From contig OZ024742.1 of assembly GCA_964016885.1 (NCBI GenBank), positions 171,430,001 to 171,494,000 on the forward strand: a stretch of DNA of 64,000 bases, read 5' to 3'. This document shows, piece after piece, positions 26,441-41,190 of this stretch (position 1 is its first letter; each line of letters starts with the position of its first letter). A program made the translations under genes and the position numbers. The notes below the pieces were generated by a model. That model was given only the letters and a program-made list of their open reading frames with translations, searched no databases and was not told the origin of the DNA. The stretch comes from Eledone cirrhosa. Taxonomy: Eukaryota.

Positions 26441-27517
26441 CTGGTCCATGATTTGCCTTTCTTCTGGACAACATCGATGTTGTGATGAGAGCTGACATAC
26501 ACCAATAGAGGAGGGTCTTCCACAAAACAACTCGTCTACGCTTGTGCTTTTGAAAGGAACTTTCTAGGTGCAAAACCATAGTCAACCATGACAAAAGGGG
26601 CTTCGATAAGGGCATTTAAAATGATTATAAAATTTGTTATGATATTTTAACCCCAATGTTAAAAACTCATCTTGGTAAAAAGAACCCACCCTCCATAAAA
26701 CTTAGTTTTAGTCAATATCTATCAATCTTTTGTTATTGTTTAGCAGCAGATAAGGCTTGGTTTATCAGACCCATTGAACTAATGCATTCTGTTCGTAAAA
26801 AGCCATATTTTGTGTTTGTGTAGTACTAACACTTCTGTTGTAAGGCGGATAGGTGTAATTTGAGGGAAGGTTAGCTGTTATGTCAAGTAGGGTAATCAAA
26901 TGCAAATGGTTAGAAGTATCATTGCCAAAGAAATTACCCCTTGGCAGAGAAGTGCAAGTTATTATACGGGGATTATACAATAGGGTGGCGAATTGGTACA
27001 ATCACTAAAAGGTCGGATAGAATGTGTTGCGGCATTTCGTTTGGCTTACTGCGCTCTGAGATCAAATCGCGTCGAGACCAACATTCTCCTTCACAATTTC
27101 GAGCTCGATAAATAAAGTATCATTTCGGTATTGGGATCGATTCCCTATCCCCACTCTCTCTATCTATCTCTTGTTCCCTCTCTATCTCTATCTCTAATTT
27201 ATCTCTCTCTATCTCTCTCTTTCTTTGGAAGAACTCAACTATGTTCAGACATGGAGTGGTGATGAGCTCCACCAGATATAATATGCCTAAAGCCCACCGT
27301 ACCGTATATCACGAAAGTGATTCTACGAATTCACCAGGAGTTCAGGACAGATGGCTTACCATATTAGTATTCTGAATAACAAATGTAAACAAATTTGAAA
27401 TATGTTTATTTCATTTCATTTTAAAAAATCTTCTCAGTTATCAGCCACCATATCTCAATGTTAAAGTGTTGAAAGGAATTATCTAATTTCTTAAACAAAA
27501 CAAAGACAAGTAAATAT

Positions 27518-27707
27518 AATTGTTTCTACGTTTGGCACAAGGCCAGAAATTACCCAGTGTATTACTGGTACTTTATTTTATCGACCCCGTAAGGATGAAA
27601 GGCAAAGTTAACCTCGGCGGGATTTGAACTCAGAATGGCAAGGGCCGTAACTCTATGCGTCAAAGCATGGCGTCCGACCCTCTACCGATACTGCCAATCC
27701 ACCGCCC
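27518..27707 (-). mobile_element. SINE family 1 with apparent target-site duplication (aaagacaagtaaatataat)
   Basis: SINE core; the same sequence occurs at ~27502-27520 and ~27708-27726. Confidence 0.88.
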
Positions 27708-28205
27708 AAAGACAAGTAAATATAATGTTACCATGAACTCTTCGACTTCTGTTTGCAAGTGCTAAACATCTTACAAGAATCTAAGATCAAGGGATTATCA
27801 GTAAAAATCATACGTGGAGTTCGTTTAACTGATCCATATCTATAAAGTGCGCACGAGAGAGAGAGAGAGGGAGAGAGAGAGAGAGAGAAAAGGGGAGAGA
27901 GAGAGATAGAGTAAGAGGGAGAAAAAGAGAGACAAAAGAATAAATAGGTTGATCCTAGCAATAATAAAAATGATACAATTTTACTTGATCTTGCAGAATT
28001 TATGATTAAAAACACTCTGCTTTCAATAAGTACTTCTAATTATGATTTCTATTATCATTTGTTGTGGTTATGATTATTATTATTATTCAATATTATTAGG
28101 GTGGTGTATCTGCAGATTCTGCAGATCGTAGGATAAAATACTTTCCGACATTCCTTCCGGCCGGCTTTTTACACTGTGAGTTCAGATCCCGCCATGTGAG
28201 TCGGG

Positions 28206-28282
<77 letters not shown>

Positions 28283-28537
28283 CACACACGCACATATATA
28301 TATATATAAATATATACATATATATATACACACATGCACACACCACAGACACACACAGACACAGACACACACACACACACACGCATACACAAACATACAC
28401 AGACACGCGCATATATGAATGTATATACACTATATTGCCAAATATAATATACATACATTCATGTATACATCGCTATTTCAGAGACCCAATCCTAATATTT
28501 TATATATATATATATATAGAGAGAGATATATATATAT

Positions 28538-28619
28538 ATCGTCTGATGAAGATGCGCCCGACATATATGTTATTCTTACATAACGATATTCTGATGCAAC
28601 TGAAATGTACATAAGGGTC
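28538..28619 (+). ncRNA. Probable hammerhead next to (TA)n
   Basis: CTGATGA-agatgc...gcaact-GAAA-TGTACA-TA; stem I is imperfect. Confidence 0.5.
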
Positions 28620-28700
28620 TTATTTAATAAGTTGAAGTATGGAAAATTAGAACCGATTCTTAGCACTTATTAGCATACGCAAGCACACATACACACACAT

Positions 28701-28782
<82 letters not shown>

Positions 28783-28789
28783 ACACACA

Positions 28790-28837
<48 letters not shown>

Positions 28838-29380
28838 GCGATAAAAACAATTACAGCGGCAATAATATTCCAAAACACTTCCGCCTCTCCCCTTATCATT
28901 ACTCCGTTCCACCTTATTTCTTTCTCCATATTCTGTAAAGGCGGCTGGTTTCAGTAGTCCGGGTGTCTGTCTCACGGTCATAGCATCAGGGTGATGCGTA
29001 GTGTCCTTGAGCAAGACACTTTATTTCACATTGTTCCAGTCTTCGTAGCTTGTAAACATGAGTTGTACTTGTTATTGAAAAGGCATCCTCGTCACATAAT
29101 ATGATACGCATTATCCCATCTCCCTGGTAACTTCGTTAGATGTGCACATATCTGTGGAATGCTCAGTCAGTTGCACATCAATTCCCGAGCAGGTAATCTT
29201 GTTTTTTCTGCACAATTGAAACACTAATAGGAATCTACGGTGATCCAGAAAACAACAAAAGAAAAGCTCTGTTCAACGCTAAATTAACCTTTACTCAATG
29301 TCTATTATATTAAGTATTGAAATGACAGGAAATTATGTGTGATCATTCATGGCTACAGCCAGATACACGTTTAAAAAATT

Positions 29381-29670
29381 CTAACGTAGTATTACGTAGA
29401 TGTAATTTAATTTAGTATTGTGAAACACAATCACAAGCATACACACAAACACACACTCAACAACATACACATACATGCATATGTATGTATATTTACATAC
29501 ATAATACATATATATAAAATCCTAACGTAGTATTACGTAGATGGAATTAAATTTAGTATTGTGAAACACAATCACAAACATACACACACACAAACACACA
29601 CTCAACAACATACACATACATGCATATGTATGTGTATTTACATACATAATACATATATATATATATATAT
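29381..29670. repeat. ~141-bp tandem duplication
   Basis: ctaacgtagtattacgtagatg... occurs at 29381 and 29522. Confidence 0.85.
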
Positions 29671-29783
29671 ATGCATAGATAATTCATATATATCCATAAT
29701 GCACACAGAGACACACACTGACATACATATATATATAGTTGTCGAAACGGCCGGAGCTCAACCGTCGACGTCCGGACTATTTT

Positions 29784-29843
<60 letters not shown>

Positions 29844-29899
29844 TATATACATTTTTATATATGTATGTATGTATGTACATTTCTATATATGTATGTATG

Positions 29900-29988
<89 letters not shown>

Positions 29989-29989
29989 A

Positions 29990-30025
<36 letters not shown>

Positions 30026-30140
30026 TGTATGTATGTATGTATGTATGTATGTATGTATATATGTATATATATATATATATAACCAGAAGATCACCGATGA
30101 CGGATAGTCCTGGCTTCTTACTATATTTTTTAATATATAT

Positions 30141-30222
<82 letters not shown>

Positions 30223-30940
30223 GTATATATGTAGGTATATATATACAAACATTCACACACGAAGAACGTAGTAAAGTTTACTATTGATTATGGAATAAAG
30301 ACGATGTGGAAAGAGACTGTCTCAGGCCATCAATTTAGGAGTAACATGGGAAACACTTAGATTATACAGTAGTCATTCTACTATAAGACAATATGGACGA
30401 TTCAGACGAGAATTAATGATCCATTACCAGGCTGATCTATTTAACTTGTTCACAAAATGAACATTACTAATAGAGAATTTATATCTTCATTATATCAGAA
30501 AATGTCTTCTTGGAGTAGTGTTGGTGAATAAGTTAGTAAATAGAACGATCAGCTGTTGTTAGATTGGGACGCTAGTCATAGATGAGTGATTAGGCATGAT
30601 GGTGTAAGCAGAGTGATGAATTTAATGGAGAGTTTCTTCGAAGATTTATTCTTTTAATGTGACATATACAATGCATTTTTGTTGTTGTTGTTTGTAAAAG
30701 TATGGAGTCGGATGATTGCTAAATGGGGCGTTAAGTGGTGTAATGTATGGAATGTTATCAGGGTAAGGTATTTTCTTAATATTAAGTGAAGGGGAAATAC
30801 GTGTATTAAAATGAAAGAAAGGGAATAGATATGTGTACACACACACACATACATATATATACATGTGTGTATGTGTAGATATATGAATATGTAAATATAT
30901 ATATTGATATACATATAAATACATGTTCTTTATATGGATG

Positions 30941-30996
<56 letters not shown>

Positions 30997-31117
30997 TCCA
31001 TATATATAAGTACATAAAGAGAAAGAAAGTGGGAGAAAGAGATTTGTTTCTGATGTGCGATCAGATAGAATTTAAAGTTCGGTTGTTGGAGTTCTAATGA
31101 CATTATTAGGGGATTCC

Positions 31118-31245
31118 CTTTACAGTCTGAGTTCAAATTCCGCCGAGGTTAACTTTGCCTTTCATCCTTACGGGGTCGATAAAATAAAGTACCAGTAATG
31201 TACTGGTTAATTGCTGGCCTTGTGCCAAAAGTAGAAACAATTATT
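31118..31245 (+). mobile_element. SINE family 1, 5'-truncated
   Basis: B-box and core. Confidence 0.8.
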
Positions 31246-32926
31246 AGGGGATTTTATATAAACGTTAACACCAGACAACAGTCTATTGTGAAGAAGATTA
31301 TAACTTAGAGGGTTTCATAATTGGGGGTTAGAAGAATAAAAGATAAAAGATCCATTATGCTTGAATGTGAACTTCTTTAAGTGCATCATGATCTTTACAA
31401 GCTCCATTATACCATCCATATATTTCATATCTGGATCTTTAATTATTTCTTGAATACAGCAGCTTATGTAATAGAAGGAATACGTAATACAATCATTATA
31501 AATATGAACCATCGCTTAGACTTTCATAACAACCGTTGAACGGCATTTAATAGTTTATTTTCAAAGAAGAAAGTCTATTAAACTATCAGGAGCCATTCAT
31601 ATTTCACAATCAATTGCTTTACTTGCACCTGGTATAAATTTAACGGCTTTGTTACAAAACATGTAAGTAAACAGTCGTTAACTATTCTAAAATAAACAGT
31701 TGCTGGAAACAATCTTAACGTAAGTTATCTGCACTGTTATATAACAGGAGATATATGTATATGAATATATTCATATTCAGCATACTTCATATAGTCATAA
31801 CAATGTCTGTTGGATCTACATATATTCTGAAGATGAGTGTTCCTGGTGTTCGAACAATGGAGTAGCCTACTTGTGAAGTTAAAGTGTTAATCTTAAACGC
31901 TGTGCAACAATAGCGTATGTCTCATGAAGATTCAGGAAGATTGAGCCACGGTGTGTGATAAGTTTGCACTTTGACGTAGATGTACAACTAAACTTTGCCT
32001 ACTGGGTGAATCAAAGCAACGTGAAATATAAAATTCTTGCTCATTGACAAACGGAGCCGATTGTCAGATACGAACCGGGAAACAACGCTTTCATTGATGT
32101 TTGTATTGCTCGGATAACCTGCTGGTTGAAAACATTGGTAGTAGGAGACAAAGACTTGAAAAGTGTTTTGGCAACTATTTCTAACACAAATAGTAATCAG
32201 AGTTTATTTTCTACTTTCATACATTTACATGAAATGTGATTCAGCTGCTACTTCTAGTAAATATACCGATCAACGAAATGGTGTCTGGCAGGGTTGTGCA
32301 TTTATTTTAAATACGATTCAGCTGCTATGCCTAGTAAATCAAGCGAGCAGAAGAATGCTTCCTGGCTTTATCTTATAGATTTTACATTTATTTGAAAGGC
32401 CTTTGACTGCTCTTTCTAGCAAGCTGAGTGACCAGCGAAACGTTTTCTTGCAGGGCTATATTTTATGGTATGTACATTAGATACCGGAAGTTGTATGCTT
32501 TTGTTTAGCTACTTTCTTGTAATTAGTGGAGATATTAAGAAAGATTCAGAAGAAAATGTGTGAACAAATTGGCTTGTGTTTCCACACAACATTGGCATGT
32601 TTCAACATAAACAATTATCTCGGCTTTTTTTTTACTGTCTTTCTTCTTAGTTTCCTGAAAATACCCAATTGTACGTAGAAGTATGTATGTATGTATGTAT
32701 GTATGTATGTATGTATGTATGTATGTATGTATGTATGTATGTATGTATGTATGTATGTATGTATGTATGTATGCGAGTATATATGCATGAATGTGTGTGC
32801 ATATACACACACACACACACATATATACATATACATATACATACATATATATATATATATATATATGGATAGATACATAGATAGATAGATAGATAGATAG
32901 AGATAGATAGAGAGAGAGAGAGAGGG

Positions 32927-33015
<89 letters not shown>

Positions 33016-33138
33016 ATAGAAAAATAGATAAACAGATATTTAGACACGGGCACATACGTACATATATACGCGTGCACAGAGAAACATAAAAATGCATACA
33101 CACATACATATATATATATATGTATATATATATATATT

Positions 33139-33172
<34 letters not shown>

Positions 33173-34328
33173 GACCTAATATAACTGAATTTTGCTTCCT
33201 GTATTTTGTTTTGTTTATTTTATCCACACACACACTATACACACACACACATACATATACATACACACACAAACATATATATATACATCTATACATCTAT
33301 ACACACACACACACACACACATACATATACATATATATATATATATATATTCGGTTGTAACGACGCGTGGTCTAGTGTTAGGGTGTTTGTGTCATGGTCG
33401 TAATGTTGTGTGTTCGTGTTCCAGTGATGCATTGTCTTCTTTAACAAGAGATGTATTTCAGGTGGTTCCAGTCCACGAGGGCCAACTATGTCACACAATG
33501 TGCCACGCCGAATCTTCTTCAAAATTCCACGTCTGTGCAATGCTCAGCGAATTGCACGTTCACCTTACGTAACCGACGGAAGACCAACGACGTTTGGTAT
33601 TGTCGGGGAGTGTTAATGTATGATGCTCTGGAATATTAATATTAGGCATTGTCTGTGTATGATGTTGGACTACAAATAACATGAAAAATACACTTAAATC
33701 ACTCTACGAAGAAACCAACAAAATATGTTATGGAAAACAAATATAGAGAGAATATATAAAATTATATTATCCTCTTCTCTTCTCTTATTCTTATACAGAT
33801 TACTACTGTAACATCTGCTCGATTCAAATATAACAACAACAAGAACAAATATATTTGAATGTAACAAGAAACAAAAAAATAAATAAATAAACATCTGTGG
33901 CCGATGTTTTAACGAAGCCACCAATACACACCACCACCACCACCACCACCATAAACAACAACAAAAGCAACAGCACACATCGATCGCTACCACTACTACC
34001 ACCATCATAGCCCCTCCCACCACCACCACCACAAAAATCACCAACATCAAACAACACAATTTCCATCATAACCTCCACAACCATGAACAAAAACAACAAC
34101 GACAAACACTAGACCTAACAAAAAAAAACAAAAAACAACTACTGTTTTTCACAAACGCACATGCTATTAAAACAGTTCTCGGGGAGATTCAGCGTCATAC
34201 AACATGGGAAAAGCTCTGGCTAGACGAAATAACACGCCGCTGCGATTGAAACTCACAATTTTGCGTTCGTGAGCTGAACACCTTACAGACTAAATGATTA
34301 GCTTCACACGTAGGAGAGAGAGAGAGAG

Positions 34329-34371
<43 letters not shown>

Positions 34372-34624
34372 AAGAGACAGAGTAAGAAATCGAGAGAGAG
34401 AGAGCGAGAGAGAGAAAGAGAAATAAAGCGAGAGAGGGAGAGAGATAAATAAAGCGAGAGAGAGAGAGAGAAAGAAAGCGAGAGAGAGAGAGAGGAGAGA
34501 GGCGCATATATATCTGTGTGTGTGCCATCCATTCGCCGTCGAAATGGCAAGAGCTCAGCCGTCGTGGTCCTGACTATTTTCATATATATATATATATATA
34601 TAATTTTTATATATACATATATGT

Positions 34625-34900
34625 TTGTTGGTGCTACTGGTAACATGTATCCCAGTACAACCTCTCCCATGGTCGGGTCGTTGGCGACTAAACTGGCAAC
34701 CCTACCAAGGTTTCTTGATGAGGAGGGTGACTTTGGACATCCTGCAGGACTAAAAACAAAACCTGTCAAAGAGCAAAGGAGTTCTTAAGAGTCAATGGCC
34801 ATCCAAAATCACCGGGAGACTTGACCCCTTAGCCTTTGTCAAGGCAGAATTGTAGGAGAAGGAAAACTCTGATATAACACCTGCAACCCTAATGGTATCC
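34625..34900 (+). mobile_element. Possible RTE-type 5' region
   Basis: GC-richer block ending gtaggagaaggaaaactctgatataacacc, resembling RTE 5' UTRs (recall only). Confidence 0.35.
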
Positions 34901-35237
34901 AATGATGTTGACTTGTTCTTCTTTTTGGTAAATATCATCTTGGTTAAGAGAGTGGGACTGGCTTTGTGCAGTGCCTTTGCTTACTATAAAAGCTTCACGT
35001 CACAGGCATTGCTTTATATCTGGAGATCTCTCTACACTTGTCGTCACATGGTACCATGGGCCCCAAACTATGTGTCAATAATTGTCACAAATGTAGTGTT
35101 TGTGCCAGAGTTTTCAAGTCACTGGCTGGACTAAAAAGTCACACTCGTTCAGTACATCGGTAGGGGTTCTCCTACATGGATATAAAGTAGTGGCCGTACT
35201 CGAAAACGAGTTGGCAGCCACCATATATATATATATA

Positions 35238-35438
35238 CGTTATTCCGGGTTGAATCGGAGGTAACCACAGTAAGTAACGTACTCAATACATAGCAGAGTA
35301 TAAAAGTTTTAATATAGATGATATTCTACAGGACTAGAACTGTTTCATTCTTTAGAAATCATCAGGAATCACTGATTCCTGATGATTTTTAAAGAATGAC
35401 AAAGTGCTAGTCCTGTAGAATCTCATCTATATTAAAAC
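35238..35438 (-). mobile_element. Family C palindromic double-HHR element, reverse orientation
   Basis: Reverse complement of 20285-20483 with a 3-nt spacer at the centre. Confidence 0.85.
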
Positions 35439-35465
35439 TATATATATATATATACACAATATAAT

Positions 35466-35628
35466 AATTGTTTCTACTTTAGGCACAAGGCCAGCAATTA
35501 CTCAGTGCATTACTGGTACTTTATTTTATCGACCCCGTAAGGATGAAAGGCAAAGTCAACCTCGGCGGGATTTGAACTCAGAAAGCATGGCGTCCGATCC
35601 TCTACCGATACTGCCAATCCACCGCCCT
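35466..35628 (-). mobile_element. SINE family 1
   Basis: Reverse-complement core with an internal deletion. Confidence 0.8.
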
Positions 35629-35699
35629 AATATATATATACAATATAATAATAATTATATATACAATAATTATAACAATATATACAATAATTATATATA

Positions 35700-36098
35700 C
35701 AATATAATAATAAATGGAAACTATATTTATAAAACCATAATTATTTTATTATATATATTTCGAGGGCAACCAAGGCAATTTCGGTGCGCTTTCATCACAA
35801 AATATGTTTTATAAATGTTGTCATACCCGTAGAAAAACAACCATGACGGTTGAAGGTTCGCTGGTTGTCTACGGGTATGTCAACATTTATAAAACATATT
35901 TTGTATTTTATCTGATGAAAGCGCACCAAAATTGCCTTGGTTGCCCTTGAAATATATATAATAAAATAATTATGGTTTTATAAATATAGTTTCCGTTTAT
36001 TAATATATTGAATATTTACTCCAGTAATTTGTTGAGTGCTTTATATCAGTTATAAAACTTTTAAGGTTGTTGAATCCCAACAAATTAAAAATAACTTC

Positions 36099-36101
<3 letters not shown>
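35700..36101 (+). mobile_element. Family B element: ~310-bp imperfect palindrome plus tail; hammerhead 35904-35968
   Basis: tattttat-CTGATGA-aagcgcaccaa...ttggttgccctt-GAAA-TATATA-TA-ataaaata. Confidence 0.82.
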
Positions 36102-36134
<33 letters not shown>

Positions 36135-36135
<1 letters not shown>

Positions 36136-36383
36136 ATAATAATAAATTATATAATATAAATAATATATATATATATATAATAAATGATATAATAAATAAT
36201 ATAATATAAATAATATATATATATATAATAAATTATATAATAAATTATATAATAAATTATATAATATAAATAATATATATATATATAATAAATTATATAA
36301 TAAATTATATAATATAAATAATATATATATATATAATAAATTATATAATAAATTATATAATAAATTATATAATAAATTATATA

Positions 36384-36390
<7 letters not shown>
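36135..36390. repeat. AT-only minisatellite (ataataaattat)n
   Basis: 12-bp unit repeated with (TA) interruptions. Confidence 0.8.
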
Positions 36391-36451
<61 letters not shown>

Positions 36452-36558
36452 ATAATAATAAATTTGAAGACTAAAATCCAAAGAGGGCTCGATAAGGATA
36501 AATATATATCAAATATATAAGAACCGTAGAGCAAATATTTATTAAAATAACAGATTAA

Positions 36559-36609
36559 AGTTTAAGCAAAGAATCGCTGCTTTCACCCTTAACGGGATCT
36601 TCTGAAACT
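36559..36609 (-). ncRNA. Hammerhead-like motif with CAGAAGA core (family H; also 45341-45389 -)
   Basis: agttt-CAGAAGA-tccc gttaa gggt-GAAA-gca...tgc-TT-aaact. Confidence 0.6.
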
Positions 36610-36718
36610 TTAATCTGTTATTTTAATAAATATATATATAAAAATGTGTGTGTGTGTGTGTGTCTGTCTGTCTGTCTGTGTGTGTGTGTGTTTGTGTATG
36701 TATGTGCTTATATAATAT

Positions 36719-38041
36719 AATTGTTTCTACTTTTGGCACAAGGCCAGCAAATTACCCAGTGCATTACTGGTACTTTATTTTATCGACCCCGTAAGGATGA
36801 AAGGCAAAGTTAACCTCGGCGGGATTTGAACTCAGAATGGCAAGGACCGTAACTCTATGCGTCAAAGCATGGCGTCCGACCTTCTACCGATACTGCCAAT
36901 CTCCTTATAATATATAACCAGCAATTTCTCTGTTTGTCTCTCTGTCCGACAATGGAAACACGTGCGCGCGTGCTAATGTTTTTTGCGCACGCGTAGAGAG
37001 AGAGTGAGAGTGAAATAAAGAGACCGACTACGAGAGGGGGATAGCGGGAGTGAGAGAGGGAGAGAGAGTGAATAGACGCTAAAACACGTGCGCGCGTGCG
37101 AATGCTTTTTGCGCACGCGTAGAGAGAGAGTGAGAGGAAAGAAAGAGACAGACTACAAGAGGGGGATAGCGGGAGGGACAGAGGGGGGAATTGAGGAGTG
37201 CTACAGAAACACATATACACTTCTGTGTGTGTGTAATATATATATATATATATACACACACACAAATATATATATATACACACAGAAATATATTATACAT
37301 TTCTGTGTGTGTAATATATATATATATATATATACACACAGAAATATATATACATTTCTGTGTGTGTAATATATATATATATACACACACAGAAATATAT
37401 ATAAATTTCTGTGTGTGTAATATATATATATACTAGCAGAAAATCACCCGTGGGCGGCTTTCTGCTAGTCTATATATATAAAACTAAGGATGTCTGTCTG
37501 TGTGTGTGTGTGAGTTTGAATCCCTAAAACCAGAGAACCACCCAACCGACTGTTTTCAAACTTTACACATGTAATACTTATGTTTCAGGGAGTGTTCTGC
37601 GCAAATTTTCAATGCCCTAGGGACCACATTAGGCGATTTAGCGATCTCTCTTTATAATTGTTAGTCTTTCTCTTTTTTGAAGGATACATACATATAACGT
37701 CGCTCCCTTATAATATATGTCTGTATATCTGGCTGTCTGCATTACGTCACTTCCTACAATTCTCTCTGCGTCCAAAACGCGCCTTTATAATATCTGTCTG
37801 TATGTCTGGCTGTCTGCTGCCTCCGGTTATTTCGCCACCCGTGCTCAAGACAAATCTCACACTCATTCCCCTAACAGTTGGTAAGTGCACACGACTTCTT
37901 CCTCGTGTTGCTTACCTACGAACCACCAGACCCTTACTTCTTTCCCAGCCGTGGTTGTGGAAATACTAAGCTTAGCTAAGGCGGTTATATATTTCACAAT
38001 ACCTTATCCCGTGCACGCCGGGTACCACTGCTAGTCCACCG
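36719..38041 (-). mobile_element. SINE family 1 interrupted by a Helitron insertion
   Basis: The SINE sequence ...tactgccaa|tccaccg is split between 36899 and 38035. Confidence 0.8.
36900..38034 (+). mobile_element. Tandem or composite non-autonomous Helitron (36900-37468 and 37469-38034)
   Basis: Inserted between A and T with no TSD; 5' TC at 36900 and 37469 (TCtatatatataaaact); 3' hairpin cccg tgcacgc cggg then CTAG at 38031-38034; internal CTAG|TC junction at 37468/37469. Confidence 0.82.
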
Positions 38042-38329
38042 TAATATAATATTCGAAATGTTTGTCTGAATGTATTTGTGAATTTCTCTAAAAGATATGC
38101 GAAAAGGAACATTCAATATCTCCAGGCCAAATAGCGTAATTGCGCCCAATTATATAAGCACATGTTTAAGACATTCAAACTGTTTATTGTATTTGAATTT
38201 TTTCACCTCATTTTCTGTAAGCATTCCCAACCCGTTTCATTACTATTTATAGAAATATTTATATATAACATAGTATGTATTCAAACGGAAGACATATTAG
38301 GGAATAGTAATTGAACCATATTTACAACA

Positions 38330-38346
38330 TAATCATCATCACCATC

Positions 38347-38387
<41 letters not shown>

Positions 38388-38550
38388 AATCCTCACCGTC
38401 ATTATCATCATCATCATTGTAATCCTTATCGTCATCACCATCGTTATTTTCATCTTCCTAATCATCATAATCATCACCATCTTTATCTACATTGTTATTG
38501 TCATAAAACCTTAAGCATTCTGGGCACAGTTTCTCTCTTCATCATCATCG

Positions 38551-38593
<43 letters not shown>

Positions 38594-40390
38594 CATCATC
38601 ATCACCATCATCATCATTGTTAATATTATCATCATCATCAAACATATCAGGGCGTACTCCTTCTCCATCCTCAAAATTACGTTCATCATCATAACAAATC
38701 ATCATTATCACCATATTTGACAATAGCCCCACCCTACCACCACAGCCACCATTTACTCATATATCTATGCAAACAAGCTTGACCTGGGGTCAAACAACAC
38801 CTAATTAGTAAGTTTTATTTGCTCGGTCGACTAGAAACAACAGCTAAATCTCTCTTAAATCGCTCCCTAAAGTCTTAAAAATGGAAGAACCCATTAAATA
38901 ATCGAAGCAACTAAGAATATCAACGTGTTCATCACGGTTGGATGTCTTTAACCACAGGTTTGCTCTGGTGTATGACAAGAATATTAAGAGCCAGAACAAA
39001 AATAAAATACAAAAAAATCATCAATAGTAACACCATCATCACTACCACCACCACCACCGCCACCACCACCACCACCAACAACAACAATATCTAAACTGAC
39101 AATAATTACAGACAATCCACCATTAATAACAACAATATTGCCCCCACCAATATTACCCCCACCCCCAAAACCACCACCACTAACACCACCACCAATCCCA
39201 CTTCCAACACCACCACCACCACTAACGAACAACAAGAAAAAACTATAATATCGTAATCGACAATAACAATAACACAACTATCACTAATAACAACATAAAC
39301 ATTACCACCACCACCACCACTACAAACGATAAAAACATCGTTTCCCCCAACGCCAACAACAATAAAACATGAAAAGCAAGAGCAACAATAGCACCACAAG
39401 CAACAACATCACCACCAGCAACAACATCACCACCAGCAACAACAGCACCCCCAGCAACAGCATCACCACTAGCAACGACAGTACCCCACCTATTAACAGC
39501 TATAACAACTACAGCATGACCAACAACAGCAACACCACCGCCAACAACATCAAAACTAGCATCAGCTCTAAGATAAACAAGATCAGCGACTACGACAATA
39601 TCCACAACAGCAACACTACCATCACCAACAACAACAGCAACCATGACGAGAACCTCAACGACAACAGCACCACTGCCATCACCACACCACACCACCACAA
39701 CCCCGCCGCCTCCTCTCAGAACAAGAAATAAAACAGAAACGAAAGCAACAACAAAGACTAAAACAGCAATAACATCTATAACCATAAAATGGTAGTTGAA
39801 TCATTTATGAAATGTTGTTAGCGGAATTCTTTGATTTCATTAGAGTTGGTAAGATGTCTCTGAGAGGGTACCTTGTGCACACGTGTGTAAAACATTCTTA
39901 GCAAGAATATAGAAACGGTTCCACTTGGTTACTACAACACATCATGTATATTCTGATGTTTTAACTACGCTACCACCAAGCAACAACCCCGACCATCACC
40001 TACATCATCACCATACAGACCACCACCACCACCACCACCACCACCAACAACATTAACAACAAGAAGAACAATAACGATAACAGCAATAACACTCATCGAC
40101 ACCACCATCATCAATACACCCTCTCCACTAACAACAACAAAAAAACTACAGCAAAAAACCATAGCACCACCACCAACATAGCACCACCACCACCACAGCA
40201 CCACCACCAACAGCAATATTACAAATACTATAACCAGCACCACAACCACCACTCCGCCACCAACTTCATCACCAGCACTACCACCCACCGCCACCACCAC
40301 TGGTCCCCACACCCAATCCCACCACACTATAAACAGCACTACAACCACCATTCCACCACCACCACTAGTACGCCACCAACACCAGCCTAG
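38330..40390. repeat. Degenerate trinucleotide tracts (CAT)n, (CAC)n, (CAA)n
   Basis: Low-complexity trinucleotide runs that produce spurious poly-I/D/G/N ORFs. Confidence 0.85.
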
Positions 40391-40919
40391 CAATATCTTT
40401 GATGTAAACCAACAATATGTACAGGCATCCATATTTTATGGCTTCCTTCCTACAATATCGTGTTTTCCTGTATTCATTACACATACACACATATATATAT
40501 ATATTTATATATAGATGCATACATCTATACATACATAATACATGTACATACATAAACACATATACATATGTACATATATATACACACACATAAATATAAA
40601 AACATACATACTCACACATGCATCCATATGCATGCATACACGCATACATACATACAATATATATTTACATACACATACATACTTTCATATACATATATCT
40701 ACATAAATAAAATCATCTGATAGAACTTTAATTGTAGCATAGGCTTTTAAATTTCTCTTCTACCTATCACGTGTGTTTCTCTCAAACCAACATCTTCCCC
40801 AAATAACAGTTTAAGTTTAATAGAATAAACAAACAAAATAAAAATTAGATTGGGAAGAATGGAATGTAAAATAGGAAAATATAAAAAAACCCAGAAAATG
40901 GAGGGAATGGCAAGAATTA

Positions 40920-41190
40920 TAGTGTCACAGAAGAATAGGGAGGTGGAGGGTGATTAGGCTTTGGGCCTAGGGCGCGGCGGTAATGGGGCTGGGCCCCGCG
41001 GACAAGATCGCAAAAGCATTCCCGCGGACAATGGCCAACAACACCCGTCGCACCAGTCATCCCACCTGGCTGTGCTCCTTCCTCAGATAGGCCACCGACG
41101 TTCCGATCTTGCAGGTCCAAGTACGCCTCAGGTCTTGACGGCGACCGGTGTGAAGCTGGAGGTTCGTACGACCAGAGATTATCCAACTTT
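40920..41190 (-). mobile_element. CRE-clade non-LTR retrotransposon 3' fragment (degenerate)
   Basis: Minus strand encodes ...LAIVRGNAFAILSAG, similar to 41611-41790; GC-rich island. Confidence 0.6.

Noticed and set aside
31315-31512. 65-aa non-repetitive ORF
   Set aside because: No recognisable homology and within chance expectation.
38311-40432. Poly-I/D/G/V and Asn/Thr-rich ORFs (e.g. 39369-39731)
   Set aside because: Degenerate trinucleotide repeats open on both strands, with no domain or splice evidence.
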